The position numbers and the translations under genes are program-made. A model generated the notes under the pieces. It ran no database searches, was not told the origin of the DNA, and was given only the letters and a program-made list of their open reading frames with translations. Below, in pieces: positions 20,429-29,941 of a DNA stretch of 64,000 nucleotides. Where the stretch lies: assembly GCA_046861395.1 (NCBI GenBank), contig JBHHUC010000001.1, positions 39,846-103,845 on the forward strand, given 5' to 3'. Position 1 is the first letter of the stretch. Every line of letters begins with the position of its first letter. This DNA comes from Fidelibacterota bacterium. GTDB taxonomy: Bacteria > Fidelibacterota > Marinisomatia > Marinisomatales > JABMOV01.

Positions 20429-23400
20429 ATGAGGCGCACGGTAATGATAGTTTTATCTTTAGCGTTTCTTTGGTCAAGCTTCAGTTTGGCCGCGGATAAG
20501 AGCAGAGATCCGAAAAACAAAGACCAACAGGGAGCACATGAAGGCGTTGTGAAGGGTCCCGACCTTTCAATCCCAAAAGATTACAAAGATAATAAAGGCG
20601 GTATTAAATCGTGGTCCATTGAAGATTATTTAATAGTTACACCAAAGGACAAACATAATGCGCTTTTGCAAAGAACTAACAAAAAAACAAGGAGCTACCA
20701 CCCAGTAAGTAAAATAAAACCGGGACCAGAAAGCCTCCAAAAGAAAGACAAAAGAACAGCGGAAATTTCTACCTGGGGTATAAAAGAATATATTGAAAAC
20801 ACGCCAGAGAGCAAAAATACAGCAATTATAAACAGACAAAAATCACCAAGTATTACAAGAGGGGAAGCTCCCCAATACAGAGACGGTGTAAAATCAATTT
20901 CTGATTATTCTACAGACGAACTATTAAACATTACCCCCAGCAAAACAAAAAGAGAAGCGATTACCCACGCTAAAACGTTTGTGGTTGGTGGCAGCAGATC
21001 ACACAACAATACAACAATAAGCCTTACAGTTGATGCTTGGGCATCAGAAGCATCGTGGAACTTGTATGACTCAACGGCAGGAGCCTACTACTATACAGCC
21101 AACCAAACCTTTGCCAGCGGGTATGAAACGCAGACTGTCGTACTAGACCTACTGCCAGGAACATATTCTATAGACGTCTGGGACAGTTATGGCGACGGAG
21201 GTGTTGCCGGAACCGTTACCGACGTAAACGGTGCTGTTTTAGTCTCATGGCTTGACAGCGATTACAGTTCTTTTGGTCAATTTGGATTTGAGGTGTTTCC
21301 AAGAATGTTTGATGTCAATCTGTCACTTACAGTTGATACTTGGGCCTCAGAAGCATCATGGAACTTGTACGACTCGACTGCGGGAGCTTACTATTATACA
21401 GCGAATCAGACCTTTACCTCTGGTGGGGAAACACAAAATGTTACAGTTAGCCTTGCTGGTGGTGTTTATTCCGTAGACGTTTGGGATAGTTATGGCGATG
21501 GTGGAATTGCAGGGACGGTTACCGACGCAAATGGAAACGTTTTGGTAACGTGGCTTGATGGAGACTATGCAGACTTTGGCCAGTTTGGATTTTCAATAGG
21601 ACTGTTTAATACCACAATAGCGCTTACAGTTGATACTTGGGCCTCAGAGGCGTCATGGAACTTGTACGACTCAACGTCAGGCACCTATTATTATACTACG
21701 AACCAAACCTTTACCACAGGTGGAGAAACGCAAACAATTGTGTTTCCACTACCCGCTGGCCATTACTCCGTAGACGTTTGGGATAGTTATGGCGACGGTG
21801 GAATTGCGGGGACGGTCACGGATGTAAATGGAAACGTTTTGGTAACGTGGCTTGATGGAGACTATGCAGACTTTGGCCAGTTTGGGTTCGAAGTCCTTGT
21901 GCCCACAAACGCACCTGACCTCTTCTTTTCGGAGTATGTCGAGGGGAGCGGTAATAATAAAGCATTAGAGGTATATAATCCTACAAACGACACACTAAAC
22001 CTTGATAATTACTTAGTGTACACTAACTATAATGGAAATTCATGGACTGGAATTTATACATTTCCAGCCGGGTTTTTATTAGCACCGGGAGATGTTTTTG
22101 TCGCTGCGAGTGCAGACGCAGACCCGGAGATATTACAAGCGGCAGATTCAGCCTATGCTTATGGTGATGGTGCATTTATCACATCCTTTAATGGTGACGA
22201 TGTTCGGGGTTTAGCAAGAATCGATGGCACAGACACAACATTTATAGACCTAATAGGTTTTTATGATATTAACGCTGATACATCAGAAGACCCCGGCTCC
22301 GGCTGGGATGTTGCCGGAACAGCTAATGCGACCTCCAATCACACTTTAATCAGGAAGCAAGATGTTATTTGGGGTAATACCAATTGGACAGCCTCGGCCG
22401 GAACAGATTCCGCCAACTCTGAATGGCTGGTCTTTCCGCAGGACTATTCCGCGAACCTGGGCGGACACCCGGATGATCCCTGCTGGGGTAATGAGGTAAA
22501 CTTGACGGTGACCTCGGTAAGTTGGGGAAGTGAAATCAATTTCTATCTTACCAATGATCTTGGCGACACACTGATATCCTGCTTCGGATGTATGTCCAGC
22601 TATAGCACGTTCACGGAAACTTTCTGTCTCGCTGATGGTTTCTACACCTTCTGGGGCGCCGATGATTACGGCGACAGTTGGGGTACTGGTGCCGGCTTTG
22701 TCTTTACCGATGCCGATGGCAATGTCCTTGCCGCCGGCGACGGCCCAACCAGCGGCGACGGAACGAACTGGGTAAGTTGGACCTTTGGCGTTGGCGCAAC
22801 GCCACCGGCTTTTGCTGCCAATATGTATTTCGATATGGGCGGACAGGCCGTTGGTGCTGGTGCCACAACGCAATCCCTGTACGTCACAAACCCGGGTGGG
22901 AGCGATTTAACCGTTTCTGCCGTGGAGGTCTCCGGTGATCCGTTCTCCTCAACTACAACCTCATTCACCGTTCCAGGCGGAGCGACCTATCCTGTTGACG
23001 TATCTTTTGACCCTGCCACCCCTGATGATTTCGAAGGTTACATGGTGTTTACCAGCGATGCGGAAACAAGCCCCGATACGGTATGGCTCTTTGGCTTTGG
23101 CGTGGACGGCGTCTTCTTTGAGGACTTTGATCCGCCCACCGGATCCTACACGGACCTGCCCATGGAAGGCTGGACAATTCTGGATAATAACGGTGATGCT
23201 GATTCCATCCCGCAACGGTATAAAACATGGTATCATGATGACTACGGTCTGGATGGAAGCGGAAACATGGTGGCCTACATGGGTTACAGCAACGGCTATT
23301 ATGCCGATGAAACCCTGATCACACCCATGATCTCCGTTTCTGAACTGTCGGTAGTGGGTTTCTGGATGTACAACAACTATGACCGCGGTTACTTCCTGGA

Positions 23401-26400
23401 TGTATCCTACTCTACCGATGGTACGACCTTCAACTATCTGACATCGGTGCCCATCCATGATTTCTACGAGTACGTGGAGGTCATCCTGCCAGAAGTTGCG
23501 GATCAGCAAATTGCATTCACCTTTGCACCGGACAGCGGAGGCTCCTATGCCTACCTGAATTTCGACGAAGTAACTGTCTCTGCCGCACCACCAGTGGGAA
23601 CCATCATGGGTACCGTCACGAATCCCGGCGGCGCACCGATTGAAGGCGTAAATGTTGGAACGCCCTTCGGAGTCACTGTGACGGATGTTGCCGGTGACTA
23701 TACTCTGAACTTTCAACCGGTAGGCCTGACGGAATTATGGTTTGATTTGCCCGGCTATCATCCAGCCTATTTCAATGTGGTGGTGGCAGACAGTGACACT
23801 ACGGTTCAGGACCTGATCATGGTCCCAGACTCGGCGACCCAATCCACCATGTATTACACCGGATTTGAAACAGGCGAAGACACGGGGCAAACCTTTGCCT
23901 GGAGCGGGACCCACGCCTTTACGGTTATGGATACTTTCATTACCGGCGTGGACACAATCCTGCCGTCTTCCGGCGACTACATGCTGGTCTTCCCCGATTC
24001 CGGCGAAGCCTATGATAATAACGATTATGCCTACTGGCTGGGCAATGAATTCATTGACCTTACCGCCCTCATGGGCGGCGGTTTCCGCTTCCACTATTCG
24101 GCTTACATATCGACAGAAAGTGGTTGGGATTATGTCTATCCGGTTATGGCCCTGAGTGACGGAAATCTATACTGGATGGACGAAGACGGCATGAGCGGTG
24201 ACGCCGGCGGCTGGTTCGATTATGAGGTGGACCTGTCCTGGGCCATGGCCATGGGCGCAGAATGGGCTGTTCCCGGCTTTGTCTTTGAAGCCGACGGCTC
24301 CGTGATTGGCGGCTTCGGTGCGGCCTTTGATGATGTCGAATTGTTATACGACAGCTTCTTCCTGGCGCCACCTATGGAGGTGATGGCAGGAAGCTTTGGC
24401 TCCGATGTTCCGCTTTCCTGGAACACGCCCGGCCCGACGGGATCCGTCCAATATCATCTGACCCAGACGGATCGGAGCAACTTCACATTGTTGTCCGGAG
24501 ATGAAGACGGTACCTATGCCAGGGGTAAAGGTCCCCTGCCCAAGGAACACCTGGACGTGACCTACAATTACAGCAACCCCAACAATGTTGGGCGCGATCT
24601 AGCCGGATACAAAGTGTACCGGAAGGAATGGCCCGTGGGCGAACCCGTCCTGCTGGCAACGGTAACTGAAAACATGTACACCGATACGGATGTCATAGAA
24701 GGAACATATTACAATTATGCCGTTTCCGCCCTCTACGATGAAGGCGAAAGCTGGCCCATGCCGTCTAATGATGTCCACGTTGGTGCCGTGACGCAGTTAC
24801 CAGCCATTGGATTCAGTGAGGACTTTGAAGGTCTGGCCGGCGGAATCCCGGCTGACTGGCAAGCCTTCACGACAAATCCACTGGGTATTTCCTGGGCCAC
24901 AGGTGATTCGGCAGCAGCGGATACATCCGGCGCCTTCGGCTATGGAACACCGGCCGGCGGCGATTCTACCGACTTCGCCTTTGTCACCGACGGACGCGGC
25001 GGTGACTTTACCTTTGACACCTGGTTATTGTCACCTTTCCTGGATGCCAGTGATGCCTATTCCGCCCTGGTATCGTTCTCAGGTTATGAGCAGGGCTGGG
25101 GCAATTTTCCAGGCAACAGCACCGTCGCACAATTACTGGTCCGTTCGAATATGGGGCCGTGGTTTGTGGTTACAGACTTCTCCTATGACCACTATGATGG
25201 ATTTGTTGACTATGCCAACGACATCCAGATGGTGGCGGCCGGACAGGAGTACGTACAATTTGCTGTCTTCTATCATCACGAAGGGGGTATGAACTCAGGC
25301 GGTGGTAATGGTATAGCAGTTGACAATCTCTCCGTCTTTAATTTTGCCGGACCCACCAATCTGGTGGCAACGCCGGGAACCAATGTGGTTGATCTGGAAT
25401 GGTTGGAACCGTTACGGACACTGGAAAACCTGCCGGAAACACGGGAACTTTCCGCTGAAAAAGCGACACTTCCGTCCGGAACCGTTTCCAGCTCCGAGCG
25501 CGAAACATGCTTCAATCATATGTCAGCCCTGGCCTACTTCTGGTCCTTCACCGACTCTCTGAGCGGACCGTCCTCCATTTTTGCCTTCCCCGAAGGCCCC
25601 ATGGAATTGACGGCAGCTCAGTATGGTGTTTACTTCCCGCCAGACGCCCCGATTGTGGGCTCACCGGTTGAAATGGCAGTCCTTGTCGCCAATGCCGACT
25701 CTACCGGTGCAACAATAGACACAATCTACAGTGGCATAGAAACACTGACGGCCGAAGCTTATGCCAATACATATGAAGTTGATCTGACCGGCTTGGTCTG
25801 GGAAAGCACAGGAAACAACTTCATCAAGGTGCATTTCCGTCCCATGACATGGGCCGATAGCATTGGTGGCGGTGGGGTGAATCCGGCCTACACACCGGCT
25901 CCGCTCAGCGATGACGGCTTATCACCCAGCGGCCTCAGCGGAACTGACAGTGCAGGCGTGTTCTATCCCTCTGACTACGATTTCGATCTGGCCATTTGTG
26001 GAACACCGACCCCGCCGGCCCTGTCCTTCAATATTTACAAAGACGGCATGGTGGTGGAAGAATACTTTGAAGACCTCTTCTGGAGTGATTTCGATGTATC
26101 ACCTGCCATTGAATCCTGCTACTACGTTGCAGGTGTTGTGCCGCTGTTCCTGGCTTCCGATGCCGGTGATATGATCTTTGTTGAAACGGAACGGACCAAC
26201 GAAGTATGTGCCACGCCGATTAACACCCCGCCAACCGACTTTACCCTATTGGCACCGGTGGATGGTGATACGCTCTTCCTGACCCCGGATAACATCGGCA
26301 TGTCCACCATGTTTGCCTGGACGCCGTCACTGGATCCGGATGGGGAAGAAATCTGGTACACCGTTGAATGGAGCCTGGACAACATCGGCGTATTCTACGA

Positions 26401-26884
26401 CCTGGATACCACCGGCGTAGCCGCATTTGTTCTCAATGCCGACATGTATGACGACATTGAAACGTATGGCGTCACGGGATTGGATATCACCTGGACCGTG
26501 TGGGCCGGTGATGGAATTGATGATGTTGAAGCAACAAACGGACCACGGACCTTCTACGTGGATGCCACTGCCCTGTTAGGCGTCGGCGATGAAGCGGCCA
26601 TTCCAGAAAGCTTCGCGTTACATCAGAATTATCCCAATCCGTTTAACCCGATTACTACGATTGAGTATGATGTTCCTGAAATCACAAGAGTTCAGATCGT
26701 CATCTATAACGTAATGGGACAACGTATTCGCACGTTGGTGAACAGCGAAATCCAGCCCGGCTATCATCGAGTTCTATGGAACGGAACCAATGATTTTGGT
26801 ATGCCGGTTGCTTCAGGAATGTATTTCTATCAAATCAAAGCCGATAACTTCAATCAGGTTAAAAAGCTTATTTTGATGAAATAA
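20429..26884 (+). CDS. Giant secreted multidomain protein with a T9SS-type C-terminal sorting domain
   Basis: 2151 aa with a signal peptide (MRRTVMIVLSLAFLWSSFSLAA). Features in order: K-rich short repeats; 3 tandem ~100-aa modules plus 1 diverged copy; a lamin-tail-domain-like segment (FSEYVEGSGNNKALEVYNPTNDTLNLDNY); two choice-of-anchor-J-like segments (FFEDFDP...GW and FSEDFEG...W); a CarboxypepD_reg-like segment (GTIMGTVTNPGGAPIEGVNV); Fn3-like segments; and a C-terminal NYPNPFNPITTIEY...GMYFYQIKA sorting domain (about 26612-26881). Confidence 0.85.
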   Translation: MRRTVMIVLSLAFLWSSFSLAADKSRDPKNKDQQGAHEGVVKGPDLSIPKDYKDNKGGIKSWSIEDYLIVTPKDKHNALLQRTNKKTRSYHPVSKIKPGPESLQKKDKRTAEISTWGIKEYIENTPESKNTAIINRQKSPSITRGEAPQYRDGVKSISDYSTDELLNITPSKTKREAITHAKTFVVGGSRSHNNTTISLTVDAWASEASWNLYDSTAGAYYYTANQTFASGYETQTVVLDLLPGTYSIDVWDSYGDGGVAGTVTDVNGAVLVSWLDSDYSSFGQFGFEVFPRMFDVNLSLTVDTWASEASWNLYDSTAGAYYYTANQTFTSGGETQNVTVSLAGGVYSVDVWDSYGDGGIAGTVTDANGNVLVTWLDGDYADFGQFGFSIGLFNTTIALTVDTWASEASWNLYDSTSGTYYYTTNQTFTTGGETQTIVFPLPAGHYSVDVWDSYGDGGIAGTVTDVNGNVLVTWLDGDYADFGQFGFEVLVPTNAPDLFFSEYVEGSGNNKALEVYNPTNDTLNLDNYLVYTNYNGNSWTGIYTFPAGFLLAPGDVFVAASADADPEILQAADSAYAYGDGAFITSFNGDDVRGLARIDGTDTTFIDLIGFYDINADTSEDPGSGWDVAGTANATSNHTLIRKQDVIWGNTNWTASAGTDSANSEWLVFPQDYSANLGGHPDDPCWGNEVNLTVTSVSWGSEINFYLTNDLGDTLISCFGCMSSYSTFTETFCLADGFYTFWGADDYGDSWGTGAGFVFTDADGNVLAAGDGPTSGDGTNWVSWTFGVGATPPAFAANMYFDMGGQAVGAGATTQSLYVTNPGGSDLTVSAVEVSGDPFSSTTTSFTVPGGATYPVDVSFDPATPDDFEGYMVFTSDAETSPDTVWLFGFGVDGVFFEDFDPPTGSYTDLPMEGWTILDNNGDADSIPQRYKTWYHDDYGLDGSGNMVAYMGYSNGYYADETLITPMISVSELSVVGFWMYNNYDRGYFLDVSYSTDGTTFNYLTSVPIHDFYEYVEVILPEVADQQIAFTFAPDSGGSYAYLNFDEVTVSAAPPVGTIMGTVTNPGGAPIEGVNVGTPFGVTVTDVAGDYTLNFQPVGLTELWFDLPGYHPAYFNVVVADSDTTVQDLIMVPDSATQSTMYYTGFETGEDTGQTFAWSGTHAFTVMDTFITGVDTILPSSGDYMLVFPDSGEAYDNNDYAYWLGNEFIDLTALMGGGFRFHYSAYISTESGWDYVYPVMALSDGNLYWMDEDGMSGDAGGWFDYEVDLSWAMAMGAEWAVPGFVFEADGSVIGGFGAAFDDVELLYDSFFLAPPMEVMAGSFGSDVPLSWNTPGPTGSVQYHLTQTDRSNFTLLSGDEDGTYARGKGPLPKEHLDVTYNYSNPNNVGRDLAGYKVYRKEWPVGEPVLLATVTENMYTDTDVIEGTYYNYAVSALYDEGESWPMPSNDVHVGAVTQLPAIGFSEDFEGLAGGIPADWQAFTTNPLGISWATGDSAAADTSGAFGYGTPAGGDSTDFAFVTDGRGGDFTFDTWLLSPFLDASDAYSALVSFSGYEQGWGNFPGNSTVAQLLVRSNMGPWFVVTDFSYDHYDGFVDYANDIQMVAAGQEYVQFAVFYHHEGGMNSGGGNGIAVDNLSVFNFAGPTNLVATPGTNVVDLEWLEPLRTLENLPETRELSAEKATLPSGTVSSSERETCFNHMSALAYFWSFTDSLSGPSSIFAFPEGPMELTAAQYGVYFPPDAPIVGSPVEMAVLVANADSTGATIDTIYSGIETLTAEAYANTYEVDLTGLVWESTGNNFIKVHFRPMTWADSIGGGGVNPAYTPAPLSDDGLSPSGLSGTDSAGVFYPSDYDFDLAICGTPTPPALSFNIYKDGMVVEEYFEDLFWSDFDVSPAIESCYYVAGVVPLFLASDAGDMIFVETERTNEVCATPINTPPTDFTLLAPVDGDTLFLTPDNIGMSTMFAWTPSLDPDGEEIWYTVEWSLDNIGVFYDLDTTGVAAFVLNADMYDDIETYGVTGLDITWTVWAGDGIDDVEATNGPRTFYVDATALLGVGDEAAIPESFALHQNYPNPFNPITTIEYDVPEITRVQIVIYNVMGQRIRTLVNSEIQPGYHRVLWNGTNDFGMPVASGMYFYQIKADNFNQVKKLILMK
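21017..21905 (+). repeat. In-frame tandem triplication (303 + 297 + ~290 nt) inside the giant CDS
   Basis: Copies start at about 21017, 21320 and 21617 (…cttacagttgat[ag]cttgggc[ac]tcaga[ag]gc…). Each encodes LTVD.WASEASWNLYDST.G.YYYT.NQTF..G.ETQ......L..G.YS.DVWDSYGDGG.AGTVTD.NG.VLV.WLD.DY..FGQFGF. Segments 21529-21588 and 21826-21885 are 60/60 identical. Confidence 0.9.
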
Positions 26885-26908
26885 ATCCCGACCTACATCA
26901 ATACTGAA

Positions 26909-26937
26909 AACAGGGGTCTTCGGACCCCTGTTTTTTT
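26909..26937 (+). terminator. Rho-independent terminator after the giant gene
   Basis: Stem caggggtc (26911-26918), loop ttcg, stem gacccctg (26923-26930), then a T7 run (26931-26937). Confidence 0.8.
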
Positions 26938-26947
26938 AAAAATATCC

Positions 26948-26977
26948 TTGCACTGATTTTGACAATAATCGTACAAT
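26948..26977 (+). promoter_or_regulatory. Putative ssb promoter
   Basis: TTGCAC (26948-26953), an 18-nt spacer and TACAAT (26972-26977). A GGAGGA RBS lies just upstream of the ATG at 27029. Confidence 0.35.
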
Positions 26978-27028
26978 AACCCGCTAAAAGAGCACCTAAC
27001 ATAACCTATAACACATGGCGGAGGAATC

Positions 27029-27424
27029 ATGCAAAAAGGTAGTGTAAATAAAGTTGTTTTGGTTGGTCACCTGGGTGGTGATCCGGAAAGCCGGTATACG
27101 GCAGCAGGAAACCCTGTGGTCACGTTCAATATGGCAACAAATGAATCGTGGAAAACCAGTGACGGTAATTATGAAGACAACACCGAATGGCACCGCTGCG
27201 TTCTGTTTGGAAAAATGGCTGAAAACGCAACGGACCTATTGAAAAAAGGCCAATTGCTGTATCTTGAAGGAAAGTTACGGACACGGTCCTGGGAAGACAA
27301 TAATGGTGTCAAGCGCTATACCACAGAAATTGTGGGCGAAAGGTACACCCTGTTAGGGCGCCGTCCGGATGCTGTTGCTGCGAATGAAAACGCTGCTACA
27401 GAGGAAGATGACTTACCCTTCTAG
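27029..27424 (+). CDS. ssb: Single-stranded DNA-binding protein
   Basis: 131 aa with an OB fold (NKVVLVGHLGGDPESRYTAAGNPVVTFNMATNE, TEWHRCVLFGK) and an acidic C-terminal tip, EEDDLPF. Confidence 0.93.
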   Translation: MQKGSVNKVVLVGHLGGDPESRYTAAGNPVVTFNMATNESWKTSDGNYEDNTEWHRCVLFGKMAENATDLLKKGQLLYLEGKLRTRSWEDNNGVKRYTTEIVGERYTLLGRRPDAVAANENAATEEDDLPF

Positions 27425-27445
27425 TCAAAAAGAACCCATCGCTGA

Positions 27446-27470
27446 AAAGGGCCGTTTTGGCCCTTTTTTT
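27446..27470 (+). terminator. Rho-independent terminator after ssb
   Basis: Stem aaagggcc (27446-27453), loop gtttt, stem ggcccttt (27459-27466), continuing into a T-run that ends at 27470. Confidence 0.7.
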
Positions 27471-27502
27471 ATGGGTAAATTCTTTTCGGCAAGACATGAA
27501 CG

Positions 27503-28183
27503 ATGGCTAAAACACGAATCGAATCACTTCGCCCCCGCGCCAAACCCCTTCGTTATTTCCTAGGGTATTTCGCCCTTTTTCTTGGTGCCTGTCTGGCTCA
27601 TATCCGCGTTTATGGACGCCACAACCTCCCGGATAAGGGCCCTTTTATCATTGCCATTAACCATTTCAGTCGACTTGATCCGGCCTTTATTATTTATGCT
27701 ATTCGTCGTCCGGTTGCCTTCTTAATGGCCAGCGATCAGGCGGTAGAGTGGTTTTTATGGTGGGCGCCATGGTTGTATGGTTATATCCCCACCAATCGCA
27801 CCCGTCTGGCACCGTCGACGATAAAAACCGCCCTGAAAGTGTTAACACAGGGTGATATTCTGGGAATATTTCCCGAAGGAACATCAACCGCCGACGAAAT
27901 CCGTCCTGCCAAAAGCGGAGCCGTTTATCTTTCGGCTATCACGGGAGCCAAAATTGTACCCGTCAGCATCCTCGGCCTATCCGTAGCCTGGGAGAATTGG
28001 TTCAGAGGCGTGCGTCCCACCGTAACGATCAGGATTGGAAAACCTTTCGGACCGGTATCTTTACCGGAAAACAGGAAAGAAAAAATAAAAGCCCTGGCCG
28101 ACATCGGCGACGAACTTATGTCACGCATTGCTACTCTGCTTCCGAAAAAACACAGGGGTTATTTGCGCAATAAGTCGCTATAG
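27503..28183 (+). CDS. Lysophospholipid (1-acyl-glycerol-3-phosphate-type) acyltransferase, PlsC family
   Basis: 226 aa with an N-terminal TM segment, the HX4D motif in AINHFSRLDP and the FPEGTS motif. Confidence 0.8.
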   Translation: MAKTRIESLRPRAKPLRYFLGYFALFLGACLAHIRVYGRHNLPDKGPFIIAINHFSRLDPAFIIYAIRRPVAFLMASDQAVEWFLWWAPWLYGYIPTNRTRLAPSTIKTALKVLTQGDILGIFPEGTSTADEIRPAKSGAVYLSAITGAKIVPVSILGLSVAWENWFRGVRPTVTIRIGKPFGPVSLPENRKEKIKALADIGDELMSRIATLLPKKHRGYLRNKSL

Positions 28184-29101
28184 CACGGTATCTGGAGTAA
28201 GCGTTTCTTCCTGTTTTGACATAATGTAATAGAGGCCCGCCAGAATGAGAACACCCCCGGCAACCAATCGCGGAGACGGTCTTTCAAGAAAGAATATCCA
28301 CGCCCAAACTGAAGCCATGATCGGTTCCCCCAGCGGAACGGAAGCCACCACAGTCGGCGACAGCCATTTAATGGCATAATAAAAGGACGTATGTCCGATA
28401 ACCGTAGGTACCAGCCCCAGTAGGAATAGCCAAAAATAAGCCTCCAGGGAGAAAGAGAACACAGGCCGCCTAAGAGCGAATGTCAATAACAGCAAAAAGA
28501 CAGCCGCTACGGCGTAAATGGTCCGGGAGAAGGTCAGGGCACCCTCCACACGCCGGATCTTTTCCGAAACCATCAGGACAAGAGCCATGCATAATGAAGC
28601 GGCGACCCCGAGACTGTTACCCAAAAGGAATTGTGAAAAACCGGCGATTGCGGAAAACTGCACCAATAGAGCACCCATTAAGGCCAAAAATACGCCACCC
28701 AAAACAGACCTATTCCAGGGTCGGCGTAGAATAATATATTCAAAAATAACTGTAAAAACAGGAGACATGGTGGATAATAATGTGGCAGCAGCTACAGTCG
28801 TGAATTTTAGGGCACCGAAATAACAGGCGAAATGGACACCTAGAGCAATACCGGCCAGGAGTACATATTTACGTGACTCGGGAGAAAGAGACGCCTGCCG
28901 TTTTAGGCCATGAAAACCCCAAAGAATTACTGCAGCAAAAACCATTCGCCATAAACCGATGGAAACGGCCGGAACAGCAGGTATAAAACGTGCAAATACA
29001 GCAGCAGTACTGACCGAAAACAGGGCAAGGATGAGCAATATGCGGGGATGTCTCATGGAAAAATTTACCAAGCGGTTTTCGGTATCCGAACCATTATTCA
29101 C
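28178..29101 (-). CDS. DMT-superfamily (EamA-like) transporter
   Basis: 307 aa, about 10 hydrophobic helices, with a duplicated EamA-like organisation. The start may be the internal MRHPRILL. Confidence 0.7.
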   Translation of the reverse strand: MNNGSDTENRLVNFSMRHPRILLILALFSVSTAAVFARFIPAVPAVSIGLWRMVFAAVILWGFHGLKRQASLSPESRKYVLLAGIALGVHFACYFGALKFTTVAAATLLSTMSPVFTVIFEYIILRRPWNRSVLGGVFLALMGALLVQFSAIAGFSQFLLGNSLGVAASLCMALVLMVSEKIRRVEGALTFSRTIYAVAAVFLLLLTFALRRPVFSFSLEAYFWLFLLGLVPTVIGHTSFYYAIKWLSPTVVASVPLGEPIMASVWAWIFFLERPSPRLVAGGVLILAGLYYIMSKQEETLTPDTVL

Positions 29102-29122
29102 TTATATTTGCCCCCTTAATTC

Positions 29123-29926
29123 GTGATCGCTATGAAACAATTAACTCTAGCCATACTCCTCTTTCTGGCAACAAACCTGCCAGGACAGACCGACTCCCTC
29201 CTGTTGGCCCTGGAAAATGAGCTGGGCAGCAAGGTCCCCGAGTCTTTCCTGGACCGGGTACTGAATGATGCCCGCTTAACGACCCATGAAAAAATTGTCC
29301 AGCGGTTTGCCAAGCCCTACGAAAACCTTCCTCCCGAAAAATATAAAGCACTGCTGGTAACGGAAAAACGGATTGACGGCGGTGTCCGGTTTCACAATGA
29401 ACGACGAACACTGGTCCATGAAATCTCCCGCCGATACGGCGTCGATGAATACATTTTGCTGGCCATCATTGGCATTGAAAGCAATTACGGCAATCACCAT
29501 GAAGAATTCGCCGTGGTAAATGCATTGTTTACCCAGGCCACCAAGATGCCGAAACGAAGGAAATGGGCCACCGGTCAACTGGCCACGTTTCTGGAATATT
29601 GCTATGAAGATTCGATCGATCCCTTTTTGATTAAGGGTTCCTATGCCGGAGCCTTTGGTTATGGACAATTCATCCCCACCAGCTATATTGCCTATGCCGT
29701 GGATGCCGACAGCAATGGCGTCCGGGACCCGCATGCCTGGGATGACGCCCTGGGCAGCATCGCGAATTATTTAATCAAAAACGGCTATGATTCAACCTCA
29801 AAATCGTTCCGGGAAAATACCAGAAACTGGAAAGCTGTGTTTGCCTACAATCATTCCAAAAATTATGTCAACGCCGTCATGGAATTACGGCAGGAAATCA
29901 AAGCGGGTGTCGAGAATGAAAATTAA
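29123..29926 (+). CDS. Lytic murein transglycosylase (MltB/SLT_2-like)
   Basis: 267 aa with a signal peptide. The catalytic-Glu region is IIGIESNYG and the conserved motif GAFGYGQFIPTSY is present. Confidence 0.7.
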   Translation: MIAMKQLTLAILLFLATNLPGQTDSLLLALENELGSKVPESFLDRVLNDARLTTHEKIVQRFAKPYENLPPEKYKALLVTEKRIDGGVRFHNERRTLVHEISRRYGVDEYILLAIIGIESNYGNHHEEFAVVNALFTQATKMPKRRKWATGQLATFLEYCYEDSIDPFLIKGSYAGAFGYGQFIPTSYIAYAVDADSNGVRDPHAWDDALGSIANYLIKNGYDSTSKSFRENTRNWKAVFAYNHSKNYVNAVMELRQEIKAGVENEN

Positions 29927-29941
29927 AAGGTCATCTCTTTT

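Noticed and set aside
21017-21905. Regular ~300-nt repeats considered as a CRISPR-like array or a DGR variable region
   Set aside because: The repeats are in-frame coding modules with no spacer/repeat structure at CRISPR scale. No reverse transcriptase, template repeat or cas genes are present in the window, and the variation is not adenine-specific as far as can be judged by eye.
22961-23716. 251-aa minus-strand ORF inside the giant CDS (similar long antisense ORFs at 48034-48789, 10334-10966, 40096-40575, 44354-44902 and 46301-46813)
   Set aside because: All are fully embedded antisense to long ORFs that carry strong family motifs. Their translations are low-complexity and Arg/Gly/His-rich without motifs, which is typical of shadow ORFs caused by codon periodicity.
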